Source: Candidatus Peribacteraceae bacterium (GTDB lineage: Bacteria > Patescibacteriota > Gracilibacteria > Peribacterales > Peribacteraceae). Taken from it: a DNA stretch of 64,000 bases. Of the stretch, positions 20,668 to 28,200 are shown in pieces. A model generated the notes under the pieces. That model ran no database searches and was not told where the DNA came from. It saw only the letters and a list, made by a program, of their open reading frames with translations. Each line of letters opens with the position of its first letter. The first letter of the stretch is position 1. Both the position numbers and the translations under genes were made by a program. The stretch spans positions 151,050 through 215,049 of the forward strand of contig JAGOTD010000001.1 in NCBI GenBank assembly GCA_018061945.1, given 5' to 3'.

Positions 20668-20705
20668 TCGGGCCCTCGGCACCCGCCGAGGGTCCGGCCT
20701 TTTTT
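20668..20705 (+). terminator. Strong rho-independent terminator on the + strand with no annotated + strand gene
   Basis: 13-bp GC-rich stem (20668-20680 pairs with 20685-20697, two G-U pairs), loop ACCC, then CC plus T6 (20700-20705). The only + strand candidates upstream are a weak 57-73-aa ORF (20439/20487..20660) or a non-coding RNA. Confidence 0.5.
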
Positions 20706-20899
20706 GTATGCTGATTTTTCAGCATTCCTCCGCGATTTGTTGAGACGAGAGAATCATAGATTTTGACATTTTCACTTTATAGTTGAATGATATGCGCGTG
20801 GCAATGTCCCGTTTTGTCCCCACTTTGGGGACGCACAGAAGATCGGGCCTGCTATTCAGACAGGACTCTGGTCTTTCAGACTTTAGCGAGGAGGCGTCC

Positions 20900-21271
20900 A
20901 TGATTCTTCGATTGCTGGCAGTCGTGGCTCTTTGGCTCTGCGTCGGGTTCCTGATGTGGCTGACTCAATTCGCCATGGTCATGGCAGCCCTACTTGGATT
21001 CGTCGGGGTCGCTGCAACTGCGGGAATTTTCCTCGCCCAGAGCGACGGACCACCGACTCCGGCGCAGCTCGCTCGACGACAAGAAGCCGATGCGAAGGCC
21101 AAGAAAAAACGGTCCGAACGTCTTCAAAAAAAGACAGAATACGAGCAAGCCAAACTCGCAAAAGCGGCGGCGAAAGCGACGAAAACGCCAAAGCAGAAAT
21201 CCGTCCCTCCTGCTCCGAAGGGCGACAAGGCCAATCTTCAAAAGGCCGTTGCCGCCTCATTAAAAAAATGA
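20900..21271 (+). CDS. Small membrane protein with two TM helices and a Lys/Ala-rich C-terminal tail
   Basis: The ATG at 20900 is preceded by GGAGG, one of the few clear SD sequences in the window. 'MILRLLAVVALWLCVGFLMWLTQFAMVMAALLGFVGVAATAGIFLA' is followed by 'AKAKKKRSERLQKKTEYEQAKLAKAAAKATKTPKQK'. Confidence 0.45.
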   Translation: MILRLLAVVALWLCVGFLMWLTQFAMVMAALLGFVGVAATAGIFLAQSDGPPTPAQLARRQEADAKAKKKRSERLQKKTEYEQAKLAKAAAKATKTPKQKSVPPAPKGDKANLQKAVAASLKK

Positions 21272-21313
21272 TGTCCGACCGGACATCACAACCGGGTCTC
21301 GCCACGTGCGAGG

Positions 21314-21469
21314 CCCCTCACCCGGCCTACGGCCACCCTCTCCCTGCTGAAGCAGGGAGAGGGACATTTTAGACTTATTCTTCCTACGCAAAATTTAATT
21401 ACTTTCTTACCTTGAGCTCCCCTCTCCTCGTCCGCCGTGGCGGACGAGGAGAGGGGCTGGGGGTGAGGG
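21314..21469. repeat. MITE-like composite element (family B)
   Basis: The left end 21314-21365 is 'cccctcacccggcctacggccaccctctccctgctgaagcagggagagggac'. The right end 21413-21469 is 'gagctcccctctcctcgtccgccgtggcggacgaggagaggggctgggggtgagggg'. The AT-rich core is about 45 nt. The right end creates a false N-terminal extension of the ORF that starts at 21412. Confidence 0.6.
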
Positions 21470-21492
21470 GCGTCTGCTGCTATCCTTCCCTC

Positions 21493-22473
21493 ATGTTCCC
21501 ACCCAAACTAAAACTCGGCGACACCATCCGCGTTATCGCGCCATCAAGCAGTTACGGTGCACAGTGGATTACCGACGACGTGCGCCATGCATCGCGCACG
21601 TATTTTGAAGACAAAGGCTACAAACTAACATTTGGAAAATATATTGATGAAATGGATGACTTTGGATCGACGACGATTGAGCATCGACTGGAAGATTTGC
21701 ACGATGCGTTTGCTGATAGCGATGTAAAACTGATTCTGTGTGCGCGTGGCGGGTTTAATGGCAATCAGCTGATCCCCTATTTGAATTACGATCTGATCGC
21801 GAGTAACCCGAAAATTCTGTGCGGCTTTTCGGACATTACCGCGCTTGCCAATGCCATCTACGCCAAAACCGGCATGGTTACCTACAGCGGGCCGAATTAT
21901 TCTCACTTCGGGCGCGAGTTTGGCATGGATTACACCACGCACTATTTTGAGCACTGTCTGATGAAAAGCGAACCACTGATTATTCAGCCGAGCAAACAGT
22001 GGGGCGAGTACGCCAAAGACAATGCAAACGCGCTGCCCATCGTTCATCAGAATGCCGGTTGGCATGTTTTTCACGAAGGCACAGTCGAAGGAACCATTAT
22101 CGGCGGTAACTTGTGTACGCTCAATTTACTGCAAGGCAGTCCGTACTTTCCGGATATCCGCGGATCAGTCTTGTTTCTGGAGGACGATTTTGGATCTACT
22201 CCCACTATCTTCGACCGCGACCTGACATCGGTCATTCATCAGCCGGGATTTGGCGAGGTGCGAGGCATGGTTATCGGCAGATTCGAACCGGGCAGCGGTA
22301 TGACAATCGAACTTCTAGAGAAAATTATCGAAAGCAAACGCGAACTCAAAAATATGCCTATCATCGCCAAAGTCGACTTCGGCCACACGCGTCCGATGAT
22401 CACCTTTCCAATTGGAGGAACGGTGAGGATTGTGGCTGGGAAGGAATCGAGGATAGAGATTGTGGAGCATTGA
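21493..22473 (+). CDS. LD-carboxypeptidase, peptidase family S66 (LdcA/MccF-like)
   Basis: 'LKLGDTIRVIAPSS', nucleophile motif 'CGFSDITAL', C-terminal 'KVDFGHTRPMITFPIGG'. The start is set at the ATG at 21493. Confidence 0.85.
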   Translation: MFPPKLKLGDTIRVIAPSSSYGAQWITDDVRHASRTYFEDKGYKLTFGKYIDEMDDFGSTTIEHRLEDLHDAFADSDVKLILCARGGFNGNQLIPYLNYDLIASNPKILCGFSDITALANAIYAKTGMVTYSGPNYSHFGREFGMDYTTHYFEHCLMKSEPLIIQPSKQWGEYAKDNANALPIVHQNAGWHVFHEGTVEGTIIGGNLCTLNLLQGSPYFPDIRGSVLFLEDDFGSTPTIFDRDLTSVIHQPGFGEVRGMVIGRFEPGSGMTIELLEKIIESKRELKNMPIIAKVDFGHTRPMITFPIGGTVRIVAGKESRIEIVEH

Positions 22474-22479
22474 AACGGA

Positions 22480-22666
22480 CCTCATCCGGCCTACGGCCAC
22501 CTTCTCCTGCCCCAAAGGGGACCCTTTGGGTCGAGGAGAAGGAATCTTTGCAAAATTTACGAATAAAATTTTTCTTAGGATTCCCCTCTCCCAGTGGGAG
22601 AGGGGTGGCGCATCAGCGCCGGCTTGCCGGCCGTAGCTCTTAGAGAGCGAAGGCTGGGGTGAGGCC
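22480..22666. repeat. MITE-like composite element (family B, variant ends)
   Basis: The left end 22480-22545 contains 'ctcatccggcctacggccaccttctcctgccccaaaggggaccctttgggtcgaggagaagg'. The right end 22582-22666 contains 'tcccctctcccagtgggagagggg ... ggctggggtgagg'. It lies between the convergent stops at 22473 and 22670. The 'aaggggaccctttgggtc' hairpin also occurs at about 10660-10680. Confidence 0.5.
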
Positions 22667-22669
22667 CAC

Positions 22670-24559
22670 CTACGCCGCAGCCCTCTTGGCCGCCTCGCGT
22701 TTCTTGCCTTCTTTGGCTTTGGGACCGTCGAAGATTTCGATGAATTCATCGACACTCATCGTTTCGATTTTGAGCAGCATCTGCGTAATCTCTTCCATCT
22801 TTTCGCGGTGTTTAACAATGAATCCGGCGGCACGCTCGTACTGATCGGTAATCGTTTTCTGCACGAACGCATCGATGCGACGCTGCACTTCTTCGGAGTA
22901 ATTGCGGCTCGTTCCCATGTCGATGCCGATTGTCTGAGAGCCATGCTCTTCGCCATAGGCCACAATACCGAGATCGTCGGCCATGCCGTACTTCATGGCC
23001 ATGCCACGGGCGATTGCTGATGCACGCTCGATGTCGTTACTGGCACCAGTCGTAATTTCGTCGAAGATGATTTTCTCGGCGGCGCGACCACCAAGAAGTC
23101 CACAAATTTCATCCAAGAATTTTGTTTTGGAAGTCGTGTACTGATCTTCCTTTGGCAGGAACCACGTGACACCGAGTGCCATACCGCGCGAGACGATGGA
23201 GATTTTATGCAGCGGATCGGATTCTTTGCACAAGTGCCCGACAATCGCGTGACCGACTTCGTGGTAGGCCGTGACCAACTTGTCGCGCTCGTTTAATTTG
23301 CGACTCTTCTTTTCCGAACCGATTGTCACTTTCTCGACAGCATCGACAATATCCTGCTGCGAGACGGTTTTCTGACCGCGTTTTGCGGCGTAGATGGCGG
23401 CTTCGTTCAACACGTTTTCAAGATCTGCACCCGCAAGTCCGACTGTCTGCTTGGCGATGGTTTTAAGATCGATATCTTTGCCCATCTTCTTGTTGCGACA
23501 GTGCACTTCCAAAATTGCTTCGCGCGCGATGAGATCCGGACGATCGATAAACACCCGGCGGTCAAAACGACCCGGGCGCAGAAGCGCGCTGTCGAGAACG
23601 TCCGGACGGTTGGTGGCGGCCATCACAATCACATTCGTGTCTTTTTCAAATCCATCCATTTCGGTGAGGATCTGGTTGAGTGTCTGCTCGCGTTCGTCGT
23701 GTCCGCCGCCAAAACCGGCACCGCCACGCTGGCGACCGACCGCATCAATTTCATCGATGAAAATAATACACGGAGCATTGCGCTTAGCCTTAAGGAACAT
23801 ATCACGCACGCGGCTGGCTCCTACTCCCACAAACATTTCGACGAATTCGGAACCGGAAATGGAGAAGAACGGCACACCGGCCTCGCCGGCAACGGCGCGG
23901 GCCAACAGTGTTTTACCCGTTCCAGGTGCACCGACAAGTAGCGCGCCACGCGGAATTTTGGCACCGATGACCGTGTATTTTTTGGGATTTTTGAGAAAGT
24001 CGACAATCTCCTCCAAATCATTTTTGGCTTCATCGCAACCGGCAACATCCTTAAACGTCGTTTTAACATCTTTCATATCAGCCACTCGTGCGCGCGACTT
24101 GCCAAACGACATGGCGTTGCTCTGGCTGCGGGAAATAGAGCGCAGTACCCACATACCAAGCACAATGATAAAAATCAGAAAGAGTAAATCGCCGAGGTGG
24201 GATTTGAAGAAATTCTTCAATTCAATGTTATCTACTTCGACAATTGTGGGATTGGCCGGATCGTTCCAGCCAAGGGCCGAGAGCGTTTCGGTATTCTCTT
24301 TATAGGATTGCAAGTAGCTGCCCGACTGTGTTTTTGCGTACACCGTATTGCCCTGCACCGTAATACTCTTAAATGTGCCGGAGTTATATCCTTTGGTAAT
24401 TTCACTGATAGGCACTGTTCGGGCGTTGGTCATTTTGTCATCCTGGGCGTTATTTAATGGAAACATATACCCAAGCGACACCACAACAATGGCGGCAATC
24501 AGAAGAAATGTAAAAACCTGATTCTGACGTTTGCGTGGCGGTATAAAATTTGGCGGCAT
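22670..24559 (-). CDS. ftsH: ATP-dependent zinc metalloprotease FtsH
   Basis: N-terminal TM, Walker A '[23 protein letters not shown]', Walker B 'IIFIDEIDA', SRH '[20 protein letters not shown]', Zn site 'HEVGHAIV'. Confidence 0.95.
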   Translation of the reverse strand: MPPNFIPPRKRQNQVFTFLLIAAIVVVSLGYMFPLNNAQDDKMTNARTVPISEITKGYNSGTFKSITVQGNTVYAKTQSGSYLQSYKENTETLSALGWNDPANPTIVEVDNIELKNFFKSHLGDLLFLIFIIVLGMWVLRSISRSQSNAMSFGKSRARVADMKDVKTTFKDVAGCDEAKNDLEEIVDFLKNPKKYTVIGAKIPRGALLVGAPGTGKTLLARAVAGEAGVPFFSISGSEFVEMFVGVGASRVRDMFLKAKRNAPCIIFIDEIDAVGRQRGGAGFGGGHDEREQTLNQILTEMDGFEKDTNVIVMAATNRPDVLDSALLRPGRFDRRVFIDRPDLIAREAILEVHCRNKKMGKDIDLKTIAKQTVGLAGADLENVLNEAAIYAAKRGQKTVSQQDIVDAVEKVTIGSEKKSRKLNERDKLVTAYHEVGHAIVGHLCKESDPLHKISIVSRGMALGVTWFLPKEDQYTTSKTKFLDEICGLLGGRAAEKIIFDEITTGASNDIERASAIARGMAMKYGMADDLGIVAYGEEHGSQTIGIDMGTSRNYSEEVQRRIDAFVQKTITDQYERAAGFIVKHREKMEEITQMLLKIETMSVDEFIEIFDGPKAKEGKKREAAKRAAA

Positions 24560-24758
24560 AGAAAGGTGAGGACAGTATAGAGAGATTGTAGTTTCTCAGT
24601 GCGCATGTTTGAACTTTCGTGCGTGAGATCGGAACAAAGTATACAGCACGAAGCAGAACTCTGTCTGCTATAGGACGAAAAAAAACTCCTTTTCTTGCAG
24701 AAGTTATCTGGACAGAGAGTAATATTGACTCGTGTGCTCAAAATCGTAGTATAGGTGC

Positions 24759-24877
24759 ATACATATCTCTGCGTCCCTCGTCTGCACTGCTTGTACCTGC
24801 TGCTGTCAGCCGGGCTGCTGTCGGATGTAGTTTTTTCTGCACCTTTCAGCCGCCTCTCACCCAGGCGGCTTTTTTTG
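24759..24877 (+). ncRNA. Candidate ~120-nt small RNA or terminator-containing leader (unclassified)
   Basis: Promoter-like TTGACT (24725-24730), 16-nt spacer, TAGTAT (24747-24752). Canonical terminator AGCCGCCT / AGGCGGCT (24848-24855 with 24863-24870, loop CTCACCC) plus T7 (24871-24877). The next plausible ATG is 24896. The GTG-initiated track ORF at 24755 would start inside the -10 region and read through the terminator. Confidence 0.3.
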
Positions 24878-24895
24878 TTTGATTCCTCCACTCGT

Positions 24896-25216
24896 ATGAC
24901 TCTCATGAAATCAGCAGCGACATTGTATACACATACTCTCACTCAAGACCACTCTCGCGGAGAAGATCCGCCCAATCGTGCCGTGGACGTTGTACGCAGA
25001 CTTACTGCACAACGAATACAGATGCGCAGAGAAGTGCTGGATGCATTGCAATCGGACCCGATATTTCGTAAGCAATTTTGTGGCGAGTCAGCAGAAAATA
25101 TTGTCAGGCTCTGCCAGTACATCCTCGAAGGCAAAGTCCGTCCGGTCGATGACTCTCTGAAAGCAATGTCCGACGCATTGTGGTGGAAAATACGTTATGC
25201 AATGCAGTTTTTATAA
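24896..25216 (+). CDS. Hypothetical protein (~106 aa)
   Basis: ORF from the first ATG after the terminator-like hairpin, followed directly by a perfect terminator at 25217-25251. No recognisable motif. Confidence 0.45.
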   Translation: MTLMKSAATLYTHTLTQDHSRGEDPPNRAVDVVRRLTAQRIQMRREVLDALQSDPIFRKQFCGESAENIVRLCQYILEGKVRPVDDSLKAMSDALWWKIRYAMQFL

Positions 25217-25251
25217 GAACGTAGAGGCGGAAATTTTCCGCCTCTACGTTC
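25217..25251. terminator. Bidirectional terminator hairpin
   Basis: Perfect 14-bp stem GAACGTAGAGGCGG / CCGCCTCTACGTTC with loop AAATTTT, between the convergent stops at 25216 (+) and 25258 (-). Confidence 0.8.
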
Positions 25252-25257
25252 TGATTG

Positions 25258-28200
25258 TTACTTACACCTCAACTCCAATGCACGCATGATCATGACAATG
25301 GCGTCGGCCCTCGAGACAGGTGTATTGGGTCCGAACCTGCCTGTTAGTTTTCCTGCCGCATCTTTGTAGCCCGTCACAATGCCAAGATTGAAGGCAAGCT
25401 GAATATCGCGCACATAAGGAGATTTTGCCGTGTCAGAGAATGTCGATACTGTCAGCGAAGAATCGGGTGTATACGCAAATGCTTTGAGGATGAGATGAAT
25501 GACAAGCGCACGATTGATGGGGACGTTGGGATTGACCTGTTTAAGGAGGGGTTCTAGTTGCGCCATAGCACTGACGTACCTTGCAAGATCGAGACTGCCT
25601 GCTTCTTTGCCAGCGGCGATGAGAGCCATTTTAGAGACTTGCGCAGCGGTGACACCATCGGAGGATCCGAAGAAACCAGTGAGATTGTTTTTGGCATCTT
25701 TGTAACCAGAGACAATGTTGAGAGCTGCGGCTTTGGCGATGGCATCGGCAAAGTAGGCACCGGGAGGAACATCCGTAAACGATCGTGATGGGGCAGCAGA
25801 AGCAGTGCAGAGTTCTCCGCCATCAGGCGACGAGATCGCAGGGGTGACGGGAGTAATTGTTGGGGTAGAAGAGCTTGCTGTAGATGATGCTCTCGATGAC
25901 GTCACTTGCCCATTTTCATTTCGTGCTTTGGTACTGAAAGTCTGATTGGTGCCTATTGTCAGGTTGCCCGATGGATCTTTGGATTTAACACGGTAGTGAT
26001 AGTCGGTGTCGGGAGTGAGATTTGCGATACTGACGGTATGAGCGGTCGTGTAGACGGTATCAAGTGGACTGGAAGTTCCGTAGGACGGGTGTCTGCCGTA
26101 CTCGATTTGTGAATTCGACACTTCATCGGTCAGCCAACTAATGGTGGCGGTTTTGTCCGTTGTTGCTGCCCTGGTGGCGGAGATAAATGGTGAAGTGGTA
26201 TCAGTTGTCGTGAGCGTCAAGAACGTGTTATTGGTAGATGTTGCCGTGTTGCTCGTCGCGTCGGTAGACACAACTTGATAGTTGTAGGTAGTACCAGAGA
26301 TGAGACTGGAGAGAGTGACACTGTGACTGAGTGTAAGGGCTGGATTGTTTGGTGTTTGGTCTCCGTAGCTTGTCGTTGTGCCGTACTTGACTTGAGTGCT
26401 GGCTGGGATATTGGTAGTCCAACTGATGGTAGCGGTGTTATTGCCGATACCTGTTGCCGTGATGAGGCTTATAACGAGTGGGGCAGTATTGACTGTCGCC
26501 ACAGTCGTGAAGGTATTATTACCCGATACCGCTTCGTTGCCAGCAGCGTCTTTCGAACGGACACGGTAGTGGTAGGTTGTTCCTGCCGTGAGTGTTGAGA
26601 GCCCAACACTATGAGCGGTGAGGAGTGCGGGGTTGAGTGTCGTGGAATTTCCGTAGGCAATGGTCGTGCCGTAATCGATTTGTGTTGTCGCATTCTCATT
26701 GGTTTGCCAGCTGATAGTGGCACTCGATTCGAGTACATTCATCGCGACAATACTCGAAAGCAGTGGCGGAGTGGTGTCGAGGGCGGCAGGAGTGGTGAAT
26801 GTGTTGTCTGTGCTCGTTGCCGTATTGCTTGCACCGTCTGTGGAGATGACTTGGTAATGATACGTGGTGGAGGGACTCAGTCCCGAAAGTGCCTGTGAGT
26901 GGGACAAAATGAGCGACGAGTTGAGCGTTGTCGTATTGCCATAACTGATAGTTGTTCCGTACCTCACTTGCGTCGTTGCGGCTTCGTTGGTTGTCCACGT
27001 GATGGTTGCTCCAGTTGGCGTCGGATTTGCCGCAGTGATGAGACTGAGAGTCGGAGGAGTGGTGTCTGATGTGGGGGCAGAGGAGGATGAGGAAGCGGAG
27101 GAAGAGGGAGGCGGAGGCGGAAGACCGATGGAGGCGCCAAATTCGTAGGCACCTATATCCCACGCTGCTCCCTGCGGACGAAGGGCACCAAGAATATCTG
27201 TTCCGACAGCTGGCAAATTCGCGCCGGCATTGATACCAGCAGCCGTACTCTTAAGACGATAATCGACAGGCGCAGTGGGATTTGCAGGATCATAGGGGAT
27301 CACGAAGAGATCGCTCGGACTTCCAATAGCAATCGAATTATCTTCTTCAGGTGTGTTCGTTCGCCAAGTATTGAGCTCTGAAGCACCACGAGATCCTGCA
27401 AAAATATTGTAATCCGAATCGACGACAGATCCATATTGCACGTAGTCCCAAATATCGGTACTGATAATACCTGCTGTTCGTTGCACGAAAATATTATTGC
27501 GTATTTTTATATTCGCACTCGCTTTGGTCAGGCGTAGTGGCGGACCTACAATATTGTCCACCGTATTGTGGTAGATCTCAATATTCTTGGGAAGTTCTGC
27601 ACCATTTTCCTGGAAAAGAGTGATCCCCTTCTTCTTGTTATCATAGGCAACGTTATTGCGAATAATTGAATCTTGGACACCATCAAAATCCATAGCCGCA
27701 GATCCATTTCTGTACATAATATTATTTTCAAACAGCATATTTTTGATAATTCCATCAGTGACTTGCCCATACGGACTAGATGCACACGAAGAATAAAAAT
27801 CGCTATTAATATGAAAACCGATGTAATTATTGTCATACGCAATATTTCCCTGCACTAGATGATTATCGGCACTATTGCTAATATAGAAGCCATGCTCGGC
27901 AACGGATCGAAAGCCTTCGTTGTTAATGAGTGTTGCATATGGCGTACAGCTGGTAAAAAATCCCCACTTACTATTACGACCAGCAATACTGTTGAGAATG
28001 GTGATGTTGCGACTAAAACGCGTAGAAAATCCGGCACATGTTGCACGAGCACAATCGTAGGCAGTTAAGCCGTCTATGATAATGTATTCCGATTGATGAA
28101 TATTGACGAGCCCGCGAGTGGCTTGCGCATTCTCTTTTATAACCACATTGCTTCCGCGAGGCATTTTGGGCGTGAGAGCTTTAATGGTAATGGGATTTCC

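Noticed and set aside
19016-21492. N-terminal extensions of track ORFs (purB from 20488; LD-carboxypeptidase from 21412; also 11094, 16094, 16151, 33247, 39684).
   Set aside because: The extensions are low-complexity or repeat-encoded, precede canonical family N-termini, or overlap the divergent neighbour. Internal ATGs give products that align with paralogs or family starts.
23394-24305. Long antisense ORFs (303 aa opposite ftsH; 206 aa at 43890-44510; 177 aa at 38212-38745; the acidic 86-aa ORF at 40536-40796; many 60-140-aa ORFs opposite the giant genes).
   Set aside because: They lie entirely within strongly supported genes on the other strand. Their composition is skewed (Arg/Ser/Pro-rich, or poly-Asp/Glu mirroring poly-Ser linkers), and they carry no motifs.
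24759-24877. SRP (4.5S) RNA, because of its size and terminator.
   Set aside because: It lacks the conserved domain IV motifs (GGAA/AGCAG symmetric and asymmetric loops, 'AGGUC...GGAAG..AGCAGCC'). It is kept only as an unclassified sRNA/leader candidate.
24755-25216. 153-aa GTG-initiated ORF as a real membrane protein.
   Set aside because: Its start codon lies inside the putative -10/transcription start region, and the frame reads through a canonical intrinsic terminator (24848-24877). The shorter ATG-initiated version (24896) is retained.
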